The notes under the pieces are model-generated. The model was not told the origin of the DNA and did not search any database. It saw only the letters and a program-made list of their open reading frames with translations. A stretch of DNA of 64,000 bases, from contig CAZWFY010000008.1 in assembly GCA_964633415.1 (NCBI GenBank), positions 1,898 through 65,897 on the forward strand. Reading direction: 5' to 3'. Below are positions 20,076-29,190 of this stretch, piece by piece (the stretch's first letter is position 1; every line of letters begins with the position of its first letter). The DNA comes from an uncultured Clostridia bacterium. Its GTDB lineage: Bacteria > Acidobacteriota > Aminicenantia > UBA2199. Made by a program: the position numbers and the translations under genes.

Positions 20076-21203
20076 TTATCTGCTATTTATCTCCGATACC
20101 TGTTTCAACGATGAAGCAAACCATCCCCAAAGTTTTTTATGAAAATAAGCCATTGACATGTTTTTTTTTACAAAATCCTTTAAAACATAATACTCATGTT
20201 TGGAGGGATCATTTGTGAATAGTTTTATACCGTCATAAAGAAGATTAAATTCGGGGTGAAACTGAACTCCGAGAACATTTTTATATTTTCTGTGTTCAAG
20301 AGCCTCTACAACTTTCCCGTCAAGAGAGCGTGCAGCAACAATAAGATTATATCCGGGCTTTTTTACAGACTGGTGATGTGAGCTTAAGACAGTCGGTAAT
20401 TCCGAATTTTTTTTAAAGAACAGTCTTAATAAAACCGACTCTTTTGTATATTCGATCTTATGAAATGCCGGAGCAATATTTTTGTTGTTTTCCGGATTCA
20501 TAAGTTTCATATAAAGCGAACTGTGTATACTGTCTCCATTTGATTTTAAAACCTGCTCGACACTTTTATAACCGTAGATTTCCGAAGGAATATCCTGTAT
20601 TAATGTGCCTCCGGCAGAGACATTCATTGTCTGGGCTCCAAGACATATACCGAGGACAGGATATCTGTTTTTCTCCTCAAGAAAAGGAACAAAAGATCTG
20701 TTTTTTTCTCCTCCGATAAGATGAAACAAAAATGATGTTTCATAATATGTCCTTATCGGAGTTGTAGCAACAGTCAGAAGCGAATTCTCCTCTCCGTAAA
20801 GTGCGGGAGGGATATCCATCCCGCCTGTAAATATTATCCCATCACTATTATCAAAAACGGCTTTAAACTGAGATGTCCAGATATTTTTTTTAAATATTCC
20901 ATTGAGTTTAACTCTGCCTTTTATCTTAATAAAATCAACCCAGAATAAATTGTTTTTCTTTACATAAAAAACCGCATCTCTGTAATCGGTCAATTCATCT
21001 TCATGATAAACACAGAGCAATTTAAGGTTTTTTATATCTATTATTTCTCTGTTTTTCAATACAACAATATTTTTAATCTGACCTTTGGACGGTCTGCACA
21101 TTGCAACTGTTACCGTGTGATCCTTAGCTCCAAAACCATTGGCAGGAGATATCAAAAGCAGACAAACCATAAAGACAATTAAAATAAATATTTTTTTTCT
21201 CAT
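20076..21203 (-). CDS. Secreted class-I glutamine amidotransferase-like peptidase (C26 / gamma-glutamyl hydrolase, PuuD-like)
   Basis: Signal peptide. GGMDIPPALYGEE, PVLGICLGAQ (nucleophile Cys), HHQSV and GVQFHPE motifs. Confidence 0.7.
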   Translation of the reverse strand: MRKKIFILIVFMVCLLLISPANGFGAKDHTVTVAMCRPSKGQIKNIVVLKNREIIDIKNLKLLCVYHEDELTDYRDAVFYVKKNNLFWVDFIKIKGRVKLNGIFKKNIWTSQFKAVFDNSDGIIFTGGMDIPPALYGEENSLLTVATTPIRTYYETSFLFHLIGGEKNRSFVPFLEEKNRYPVLGICLGAQTMNVSAGGTLIQDIPSEIYGYKSVEQVLKSNGDSIHSSLYMKLMNPENNKNIAPAFHKIEYTKESVLLRLFFKKNSELPTVLSSHHQSVKKPGYNLIVAARSLDGKVVEALEHRKYKNVLGVQFHPEFNLLYDGIKLFTNDPSKHEYYVLKDFVKKNMSMAYFHKKLWGWFASSLKQVSEINSR

Positions 21204-21288
21204 ACGTCCTCCATTCTTCCTGTTTTAACAAGATAATCAATAGTTAAAATAAAATCAACCCAACAGACACATTTTTAAATAAAGAAAA

Positions 21289-21317
21289 TTGGAAAAGTGC
21301 TATATATATGATATTAT
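21289..21317 (+). promoter_or_regulatory. Sigma70-like promoter TTGGAA-17-TATTAT, 6 nt upstream of the lptFG ATG
   Basis: Read from the sequence. If used, the mRNA would be nearly leaderless. Confidence 0.3.
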
Positions 21318-21323
21318 TCACTT

Positions 21324-23603
21324 ATGCTCAAATCCTTTGACAAATATGTTCTAAAAGAGATCTTTGTACCGTTCGCAGTCGGACTTGCAATCTATACACT
21401 GACCCTACTTATCAATATGATCTTTATTCTTTCGGACATGCTTATCTCAAGCGGAGCCTCATTTTTTACGGTACTAAAGATTTTAATCTATATGCTGCCC
21501 AGTCTTCTCTCATTTACAATACCGATGTCAACACTGATGGGTATCCTTGCCGGAATGAGCAGAATGAGTTCCGATTCGGAAATTGTTGCACTTAGGACAA
21601 TGGGAATCAATAACCTAAGACTCCTTAAACCTATCATGATCTTTTCAATGATCACATGGTTCATTTCATCAATCCTTATTATGTACATTGCTCCGGAGGG
21701 AAATTATCAATACCATAAATTGAGATCAAAAATATTCCTGTCACGTGCAATGTCATCAATTAAACCGAGAACTTTTAATCTGGAGTTCCCGACATATGTA
21801 CTATATTTTAACGATATTGATAAGAAAACAGGTGATTGGGAAAAAGTATTTCTCTATTCTCGGAAAGACTTTATGATTGACAATGTGATCCTGGCGGAAA
21901 GAGGTCGGCTTATTCAGGAAGATGGAAACAAAAAAAGTTATTTTTTATTGAAAAATGTTGTTTTGCACAGTTTTGATAAAAAATCCCCCGGTAAAAAATA
22001 TACAACAACAAATTATAAATCAACATCAGAAGAGATCCCAAGCTATATGTCCGTTAAACAGAGTCGGCGAGTCCGTGAACTGATCTTTCCCGACTTGGTA
22101 AAAAAATTAAAAAATGATCCGGATAATATAAATTTACAAAAAGAGTTCCATAGGAAATTTTCTCTCCCTTTTGCAAGTATAGCATTAGGATTTTTAGCAT
22201 TATCTCTCGGGATATCAACAAAGAAAGGGGGAAAAGCCGGAGGTTTTATTGTATCTCTCGGAATAATATTCATATACTATACAAGTTTTACAACACTTCA
22301 GAATCTTATCCTAAAGAAAATTATCTCTCCGTTTACAGGAATGTGGTTCCCTAATTTTTTTCTTTTATTAACGGGAATTATCTTTTACCATTATACATCA
22401 ACCGAAAAATCAATTGATTGGGGAAAATATTTTAATATCTCAAGATGGGAAATATTCTCCATAAAAAAAAAGCGGGAAAAGCAGCTCATTTCTTTGAAGA
22501 TAAATAATTCAGGTAAAAAATTAATTAAAACTCTGGATCTTTACATTCTGAAAAAGTTACTTTCTATGTTCATATTTGTTTGTATCTCCCTTATGATGGT
22601 GTTTTATGTCGTAAGAATTGTTGAACTCATAGATAATATGATTGAAAACAATGTACCTTTCATCTATGCAATTAAATATGCGATCTCCAATACTCCGGAG
22701 ATGATGAGTTTCGTTCTTCCCGTATCGATCCTGACTGCAGTTTTATTGACATTCTCGATCATGAGCAAAAACAATGAGATAACTGCCGTTAGAGTCAGCG
22801 GAATAAGTTTATACCGCATCTCAATGCCTGCAATAATATTCGGTATATTTCTTTCGCTGCTCTATTTCTTCATCCAGGAGAATATAACCCCGGGAGCAAA
22901 CAAAGAAAGCACTAAAATACTGAATAAGATCTATAAAAGAGGATCTAATTTTAACATGGAATCAATAAAAACATGGGCGATCGGAAAAGATAATAAGATC
23001 TATTTTTACGATTTTTTTGATAATAAAAGAAAAAAATATAAAAATTTTAATGTGATACAGCTTGGAAAAGATTTTTCAATGAAACGGAGAATATCAGCTG
23101 AAATTGCATTTTGGAGATCTGATAAACATCTTGTTTTAAGGAGAGGATTCATAAGAGATTTTACTGATAACAGTCCGAAAGATTTTCTCAAATTCAAAAA
23201 TAAATCCATAATAATTCCGGAAGGGAAAAGTTATTTTTCTAAAAAGATACTTTTCCCTGAATTTATGAATATAAAACATCTTTCCAAATATATTAAATAT
23301 CTTAAAACAAACAACTCTTCAACGACAAAATATAAAGCAAAACTTCTTTACAAATTTTCTTTTCCTTTCTCAAGTCTGATAATGGTTCTGATCGCAATTC
23401 CTTTTTCATTTAAAATGGGAAATAGAGGTACACTGTTCGGGATAGGAATAGCCGTTGGAATATCAATAATTTTCTGGGGAGTATTCGGAATATTCAAAGC
23501 TATGGGTTCCTCTTTATTATTATCACCGTTTATTTCGGCGTTCACACCTCTTTTCATCTTTGCGGCTATATCCGGTTATTTATTTATGAATATAAAAACA
23601 TAA
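21324..23603 (+). CDS. Fused LptF-LptG LPS export permease (two YjgP/YjgQ domains in one polypeptide)
   Basis: 759 aa. Two consecutive permease units, each 3 TM + periplasmic domain + 3 TM. The second starts near residue 390 (LYILKKLLSMFIFV...). Confidence 0.7.
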   Translation: MLKSFDKYVLKEIFVPFAVGLAIYTLTLLINMIFILSDMLISSGASFFTVLKILIYMLPSLLSFTIPMSTLMGILAGMSRMSSDSEIVALRTMGINNLRLLKPIMIFSMITWFISSILIMYIAPEGNYQYHKLRSKIFLSRAMSSIKPRTFNLEFPTYVLYFNDIDKKTGDWEKVFLYSRKDFMIDNVILAERGRLIQEDGNKKSYFLLKNVVLHSFDKKSPGKKYTTTNYKSTSEEIPSYMSVKQSRRVRELIFPDLVKKLKNDPDNINLQKEFHRKFSLPFASIALGFLALSLGISTKKGGKAGGFIVSLGIIFIYYTSFTTLQNLILKKIISPFTGMWFPNFFLLLTGIIFYHYTSTEKSIDWGKYFNISRWEIFSIKKKREKQLISLKINNSGKKLIKTLDLYILKKLLSMFIFVCISLMMVFYVVRIVELIDNMIENNVPFIYAIKYAISNTPEMMSFVLPVSILTAVLLTFSIMSKNNEITAVRVSGISLYRISMPAIIFGIFLSLLYFFIQENITPGANKESTKILNKIYKRGSNFNMESIKTWAIGKDNKIYFYDFFDNKRKKYKNFNVIQLGKDFSMKRRISAEIAFWRSDKHLVLRRGFIRDFTDNSPKDFLKFKNKSIIIPEGKSYFSKKILFPEFMNIKHLSKYIKYLKTNNSSTTKYKAKLLYKFSFPFSSLIMVLIAIPFSFKMGNRGTLFGIGIAVGISIIFWGVFGIFKAMGSSLLLSPFISAFTPLFIFAAISGYLFMNIKT

Positions 23604-23613
23604 AAGGAAAAAT

Positions 23614-23638
23614 GGAACTTTTATCACCTGAAAACGTT
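23614..23638 (+). promoter_or_regulatory. ECF-type autoregulatory promoter GGAACTT-N16-CGTT
   Basis: Matches the ECF 'AAC'-N16/17-'CGT' architecture. Ends 17 nt upstream of the sigma ATG. Confidence 0.5.
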
Positions 23639-23654
23639 TCTATTTGTGTGAGAC

Positions 23655-24188
23655 ATGGATGATTTTTCATTTGTAAAAAAGATTAAAGAAGGAGACCGGA
23701 GGAGTTGGAACATGATGATTGACAGATATTCAAAACCTGTTTACAACATTGCTTTGAACTTCTGTAAAAATCCGGAAGATGCTTCTGATATCACACAAGA
23801 GATCTTTTTAAAGATATTTAGAAATATCGATAAAGTAGATGATAAGTTTAATTTTACTTCATGGGTCCTCAGGGTTTCAAAAAATCACTGTATCGACCAC
23901 TGGAGAAAAAACAGAAAAAATTATAACATTATTGAATTTTCCGAAAAAACATTTGGAGGAGATGACACACCGGAAAAGAATTTTGTAAAGGAAAATGATA
24001 TAATAATACTTAGAAGAATGTTAATGCAACTAAAGCCGGATGCAAAATTGTTAATAATATTAAGGGATATAAGAGGACACTCTTATAAAGAGATTTCGGA
24101 AATAATGAACATTCCGGAGGGAACGGTAAAATCAGGAATAAACCGAGCCAGACTCAAGCTTGCGGAGATATATAGAAATGGGAATTAA
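23655..24188 (+). CDS. ECF-family RNA polymerase sigma factor (sigma-70 regions 2 and 4)
   Basis: 177 aa. Region 2 (DITQEIFLKIFRN, SWVLRVSKNHCIDHWR) and a region-4 HTH (SYKEISEIMNIPEGTVKSGINRARLKL). Confidence 0.85.
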   Translation: MDDFSFVKKIKEGDRRSWNMMIDRYSKPVYNIALNFCKNPEDASDITQEIFLKIFRNIDKVDDKFNFTSWVLRVSKNHCIDHWRKNRKNYNIIEFSEKTFGGDDTPEKNFVKENDIIILRRMLMQLKPDAKLLIILRDIRGHSYKEISEIMNIPEGTVKSGINRARLKLAEIYRNGN

Positions 24189-24720
24189 AAAAATTTCATG
24201 CGAAAAAGTGCAGAGTCTTCTCTCGCTCTACCATGAAAACGAACTGAGCAATGAACTCGGACATCAGATTTTTGAACATCTTGAAACTTGTAAAGAGTGT
24301 GCCGACATCGAAGATAATATTTTCCAGATAAAATCACTGCTTCCGGAACTTAACGAAGATGTTCCTTTTTTCCTTAAAAACAGATTATATCTTATCTCCG
24401 AAACCGAAACAAAAGATACACCCCCCGCCTATTCCGCTCTGAAATGGATTGCAGCAATGGTAGGAACATTTATTCTTTTCCTGAACCTCTTCTATTTCAC
24501 AAACATTTATCCTTCCGCTAACATAGCTTTACATAAAACGGTTTCAAAAATTGAAAATTTTGTTGTGGAGGCAAGAGTTTTCATTGAACAGATCGGCGGC
24601 TCGGGTGTCCCTGATTTTTTTAAAAACAACAAAAAAATTTCGGAAATGGAAAATAGAAAAAAATATAAAAAAGAAAACAGCCTGAAAATCAGGCCTGACA
24701 AGGGAGTTAAATATGGCTGA
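24160..24720 (+). CDS. Anti-sigma factor with ZAS zinc-finger (HxxxCxxC) and one TM segment
   Basis: HLETCKEC motif. Overlaps the sigma gene by 29 nt. Single TM segment near residues 95-115. Confidence 0.7.
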   Translation: MRRYIEMGIKKISCEKVQSLLSLYHENELSNELGHQIFEHLETCKECADIEDNIFQIKSLLPELNEDVPFFLKNRLYLISETETKDTPPAYSALKWIAAMVGTFILFLNLFYFTNIYPSANIALHKTVSKIENFVVEARVFIEQIGGSGVPDFFKNNKKISEMENRKKYKKENSLKIRPDKGVKYG

Positions 24721-25201
24721 CAAATACGGAAGAACCAAGAGTGCCCCTTTAGCATCAATAATATCGGCAATTGTTCCGGGTTCCGGATTTATATATCTTG
24801 AAAATTATCTAAAGGGATTCTCCTATATGTTAATATTTATTTCACTAATCGTACTTCTTGTATCTTCCGCAAGTGAAGACAGAAGTTCCATGCTTGCAGA
24901 AATACTGTTTTTTGCACTGCTTCTTGCAGTCTTTTATATTTTCCAGATCATTGATACGTTCAATGAAGCTCAACGAGGAAAAACGGGGAGAATTTCTGAA
25001 AAGAATCATCAGGGCAAGGATAATACTTCTCTCTCAAGTGCAATAATAATACTTACTCTCGGAGTACTTTTCCAACTGAGGAACCTTAATGTTCTCTCCT
25101 TTGAAAAGATTGTAAAATTTTGGCCTCTTATTTTAATCGGCATAGGTATAAAGATAGTAATACAATATTATTTAAATCCGGAGAAAAAAAATGACGAATA
25201 A
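24713..25201 (+). CDS. Membrane protein: N-terminal TM2/PspC-like segment plus C-terminal LiaF-like TM motif (FWPLILIGIGI)
   Basis: 162 aa. Same operon as the sigma/anti-sigma pair. Confidence 0.5.
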   Translation: MADKYGRTKSAPLASIISAIVPGSGFIYLENYLKGFSYMLIFISLIVLLVSSASEDRSSMLAEILFFALLLAVFYIFQIIDTFNEAQRGKTGRISEKNHQGKDNTSLSSAIIILTLGVLFQLRNLNVLSFEKIVKFWPLILIGIGIKIVIQYYLNPEKKNDE

Positions 25202-25379
25202 TAGAAGTGACTCGATTTTCTGGGGAATTGTAATTATAATAATCGGAATTCTATTTATGATAAAAAATCTTGGCTGGGCACATATAAATATTTGGAGATT
25301 TATAGGAACATACTGGCCATTGATACTCATCTATATAGGATTGAAAAATATTCTAATATACTTTAACAGGAATAGATGA
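25191..25379 (+). CDS. Mini-protein with LiaI/LiaF-type transmembrane hairpin
   Basis: 62 aa. GIVIIIIGILFMIKNLG...YWPLILIYIGL. Confidence 0.45.
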   Translation: MTNNRSDSIFWGIVIIIIGILFMIKNLGWAHINIWRFIGTYWPLILIYIGLKNILIYFNRNR

Positions 25380-26587
25380 AAAAACGTGATCTTTTTATTG
25401 CGGTAGTTGTTATTGTTTTTGGATTATTATATCAATTTTTTGAAAGCGGTAATATAAAAATATTGGAAGGTTGTAAAATAAATAATTCTATTTTACTGGA
25501 AAAAAATTATCCGAATGTTTTCAAATTAAAAAGCATTACTTTAAAAAATATTAACAGATTTAATATATCAAATATAGCCGGAAGTATTAATATAAAAAAG
25601 AATGATATTGATGAAACTTTTATAGAGATCAATTCAACAGTTTATTCGAAAAACAAAAAAACAGCTGAAAAAATCCGGGGGAAAATATTATCTTCTATCA
25701 AAAAAAAGGGTTCTTTGGTTACCGTTTCCACAACAGACAACAGTAGATTTTCCTATTCTCGCGTAAGGATAGCTATTATAATTAAAACACCTCAAGCAGA
25801 GTCAATTAGAATAAAAAACAGATATGGGAATATTTCAATAGGGATACCTTCCGGAGAAACATCAATTGATGAAAAATATGGGGACATCAATATTGAGGAT
25901 ACAGTAAAAAACCTTAACATTAAATCAAAATATTCCAAAGTTAAAGTTAAGAGAATCCAAAAAAAGGGTGACTTTAATTCAAAATATTCATATTTTGATA
26001 TATCCGGTTCGGGATCAATAAAATTTAAAGCGGCATATTCGGAACTATTCCTTAACAACCTGATAACAGAGGATGGAATTATTCTGATATGCTCCACATC
26101 AAAACTCTCCCTCAACAAAATAAATGCATCTGAACTAATTTTAAAAAACAGTAATGGAAAAATTTATTTAGACGGTATAAAAGTAAATACTTCAAAAATA
26201 ATTTCAGAGAATTGTAGAATAAATATTGATAATATGGATTGTAACGATTCTGTAATAAAAAATAGCTACGGAAGGGTAAGGATCAATGAACTTCACGGAG
26301 ATTCGGTTAATATTTTGATAAAAAATCTTGATATGAACTTATTACTTGGAGAACAATTGGAAACGGTTAATATATCTGCAAAATATTGTGATATAGATCT
26401 TTTACTGAAAAAGAAAATTTCACCTTTTTTTGATATAAATTCCACTTATGGTGAAATATTCAATAAAACTTCCCTTTCATTTCTTACAACAAAAGAAATT
26501 CACAAGATAAGACTATCCGGAGGCGGAAGAACTCCAAAGATAATAATATTTGCCAAGTATAGTGATATCAAGTTGAAAAATAATTAG
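25376..26587 (+). CDS. DUF4097 (LiaF C-terminal-like beta-helix 'putative adhesin') protein with N-terminal membrane anchor
   Basis: 403 aa. Long run of repetitive short beta-strand repeats. Sits in the operon downstream of the ECF/anti-sigma genes. Confidence 0.55.
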   Translation: MKKRDLFIAVVVIVFGLLYQFFESGNIKILEGCKINNSILLEKNYPNVFKLKSITLKNINRFNISNIAGSINIKKNDIDETFIEINSTVYSKNKKTAEKIRGKILSSIKKKGSLVTVSTTDNSRFSYSRVRIAIIIKTPQAESIRIKNRYGNISIGIPSGETSIDEKYGDINIEDTVKNLNIKSKYSKVKVKRIQKKGDFNSKYSYFDISGSGSIKFKAAYSELFLNNLITEDGIILICSTSKLSLNKINASELILKNSNGKIYLDGIKVNTSKIISENCRINIDNMDCNDSVIKNSYGRVRINELHGDSVNILIKNLDMNLLLGEQLETVNISAKYCDIDLLLKKKISPFFDINSTYGEIFNKTSLSFLTTKEIHKIRLSGGGRTPKIIIFAKYSDIKLKNN

Positions 26588-26660
26588 AACCCTCATTCTT
26601 TAAATCTTGACATTACGGGTATAATACTTTAATAATACTCTTTTAATTCCGGAGGTAGTA

Positions 26661-27533
26661 ATGACAAATAAAATGAGTGTTAAAATTGCTGTAATAGGTG
26701 GAAGCGGATTTTATGATATTGATTCTATTTCAGACATCAAAGTTATCAGCGTTAACACTCCTTTCGGAAAACCTTCGGATGATATCACAACAGGGATTTT
26801 ATCAGATCAGAGAATAGCTTTTCTTCCGAGACACGGAAAGGGACACACATTAAATCCTTCCGAAGTAAATTATAGAGCAAACCTCTTTGCACTGAAAGAA
26901 TTAGGAGTTGAAAAAATAATATCTTCAACTGCCGTCGGCTCACTTAAAGAAGAGATAAAACCAACGGATCTTGTTATTCCCGATCAATATTTTGACAACA
27001 CTTTTAAAAGACAAAAAACATATTTTGAAAAAGGGATTGTTGCTCATGTATCAATGGCAAATCCCGTTTGTCCTTTCTATACTGAGCTTGCAAGAAAAAC
27101 CGCTGATGAAATTGGAATCAAAACACATATGGGCGGAACATATTTTAATATGGAGGGACCTCAATTTTCATCAAGAGGTGAATCTGAAGTTTATAAAAAA
27201 CTTGATTTTTCTATTATAGGAATGACGCAGGCAACAGAGGCAAAACTTGCAAAAGAACTTGAGATCTGTTTTATCCCTCTCGCATTTGTTACCGACTATG
27301 ATTGCTGGCACCCCGAACATGATTCGGTTTCAGTTGATATGGTTGTTAGTAATTTAAATAAAAACAGAGATAATGCTCTGAAGTTAATTAAAAATCTGTT
27401 ATTAAAAATCAATAATTCAAAACCTTCATGTAATTGCAACAACTCACTTCAGTTCTCTTTCGTTTCCGATCCTAAGAAGGTTGATGATAAGATAAAAGAG
27501 AGGCTGATGCCTTTAATAAAAAAATATATATAA
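26661..27533 (+). CDS. mtnP: S-methyl-5'-thioadenosine phosphorylase (PNP/MTAP family)
   Basis: 290 aa. MTAP-like N-terminus KIAVIGGSG and family motifs. Cys-containing C-terminal extension. Confidence 0.8.
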   Translation: MTNKMSVKIAVIGGSGFYDIDSISDIKVISVNTPFGKPSDDITTGILSDQRIAFLPRHGKGHTLNPSEVNYRANLFALKELGVEKIISSTAVGSLKEEIKPTDLVIPDQYFDNTFKRQKTYFEKGIVAHVSMANPVCPFYTELARKTADEIGIKTHMGGTYFNMEGPQFSSRGESEVYKKLDFSIIGMTQATEAKLAKELEICFIPLAFVTDYDCWHPEHDSVSVDMVVSNLNKNRDNALKLIKNLLLKINNSKPSCNCNNSLQFSFVSDPKKVDDKIKERLMPLIKKYI

Positions 27534-27545
27534 TCGGAGAATATA

Positions 27546-28610
27546 ATGAAAGGATTAACACTTGTTATTAATACGGGAAATACATCTACCAAGGTTGCAC
27601 TTTTTGATTTTGACAAAGAAATTTTTGTTGAATCAATAAAGCATTCCGATGAAATATTATCTGAATTTGATGATATTAATTCTCAGAAAGATTTTAGAGA
27701 AAAGATAATTATTGATTTTCTTAATAAAAGAGATATTAAATTATCAAACCTTTCCGCTGTAGCTGCGAGAGGAGGACTACTAAAACCACTTAAAAGCGGA
27801 ACATATCTGGTAAATGAAAATATGATAAAAGACCTGAAAGAGGGAAAGAGGGGGATGCATGCTTCACATCTTTCCGCTCAGATCGGATTGTCTATTGCAA
27901 CAAAAGCCGGTGTTAGCTGTTACATAGTCGATCCTATATCAGTTGATGAATTTACTCCGGTAGCAAGATATTCCGGACATAAACTTTTCCAACGTATAAT
28001 GCTTTCGCATGCACTTAATATGAAAGCCGTCTGCAAAAGATATTCTAAAGAGAAAGGCTTGAAATATAAAAATTTAAATCTTTTGGTAATTCATCTCGGG
28101 ACAGGAATATCCGTTTCAATTCATCAAAAAGGTGTTATGATCGATAGTATAAATTCAAGTGAAGAAGGAACATTTTCCCCTGACAGGTCAGGAGGATTAC
28201 CTGTCCTTCAGGTTGCTAAATATATAATTGAATCGGGTTCGGATTATAAAACTTTTTCAAAAAAGGTTTTCGGATCCGGAGGTCTTCAATCTTATCTCGG
28301 GACAAAAGATTTTATGAAAGTTGAAGAAAAATTTAAAAAAAACGATAATAAGGTTGTGGAAGTGGTTAAAGCTATGGTTTATCAAATTGCAAAAGATGCC
28401 GGATCAATGGCAACCGTTGTCAATGGTGTTGTTGATAAAATATTAATTACCGGTGGAATGGCATATGCGGATTTTCTTGTTAAAATGTTGACAGAAAAAA
28501 TTAAATTTATCGCATCTATAGAAATTTATCCCGGAGAAGATGAGATGAAGGCTCTTGCTGAAGGAGTTGCAAGAATTCTTAAGAATGAAGAAAAAGTAAT
28601 GGAGTATTAA
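27546..28610 (+). CDS. buk: Butyrate (short/branched-chain acyl) kinase
   Basis: 354 aa. ASKHA-fold start LVINTGNTSTKVALF. Buk-like throughout. No adjacent phosphotransacylase gene. Confidence 0.8.
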   Translation: MKGLTLVINTGNTSTKVALFDFDKEIFVESIKHSDEILSEFDDINSQKDFREKIIIDFLNKRDIKLSNLSAVAARGGLLKPLKSGTYLVNENMIKDLKEGKRGMHASHLSAQIGLSIATKAGVSCYIVDPISVDEFTPVARYSGHKLFQRIMLSHALNMKAVCKRYSKEKGLKYKNLNLLVIHLGTGISVSIHQKGVMIDSINSSEEGTFSPDRSGGLPVLQVAKYIIESGSDYKTFSKKVFGSGGLQSYLGTKDFMKVEEKFKKNDNKVVEVVKAMVYQIAKDAGSMATVVNGVVDKILITGGMAYADFLVKMLTEKIKFIASIEIYPGEDEMKALAEGVARILKNEEKVMEY

Positions 28611-28621
28611 CCGAGTATCAA

Positions 28622-29173
28622 ATGGAATCAAAGAAGGATAGAGAGAGAAATTTTGAATCTTATATAAAAAGACTTGAAGAAAAAATCGAATCTTTAAAAA
28701 TCCAGTATAATCTTTTCTTTTCCGGTGAAATTAATATTCCTCCGGAGCAGGAAAGAGAATTGCTTGAAAAAGAGGTAAGAACATCACTCTACTCAAATCT
28801 AAAATCTCCGAAAATAAATCTCCTTATTCAAAATTTAAGTTCCAGATTCAACCTTTTTAATAATATGTGGAAAAAAAAATTGAATCAACTTGAAAGCGGG
28901 GAATTAAAACGCCCGTCAAAACCGAAACCCGCATTCTTGGTAAAAGAAAAACCTGCTAATAAAGAATCGGTTATTCCGGTAAGTCTTAATGATGAAAAAA
29001 GTTTCGAACAACTGTTCGATCGTTACTCCTCGTTAGGATCAAATAAGAATAAAAAAAGCAAAGATGCACTTATAAACAAAATTAAGTTAAAATTAATATC
29101 TGAAAATATCATTAATGCAAAAATCCAGCTGTCGAAATCCGATGGAAAGATTAAATTAAAAATAAAAAAATAG
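28622..29173 (+). CDS. Hypothetical Lys-rich coiled-coil protein
   Basis: 183 aa. No signal peptide and no recognisable motif. Confidence 0.4.
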   Translation: MESKKDRERNFESYIKRLEEKIESLKIQYNLFFSGEINIPPEQERELLEKEVRTSLYSNLKSPKINLLIQNLSSRFNLFNNMWKKKLNQLESGELKRPSKPKPAFLVKEKPANKESVIPVSLNDEKSFEQLFDRYSSLGSNKNKKSKDALINKIKLKLISENIINAKIQLSKSDGKIKLKIKK

Positions 29174-29190
29174 AGAAAAGATCTCTTTAA

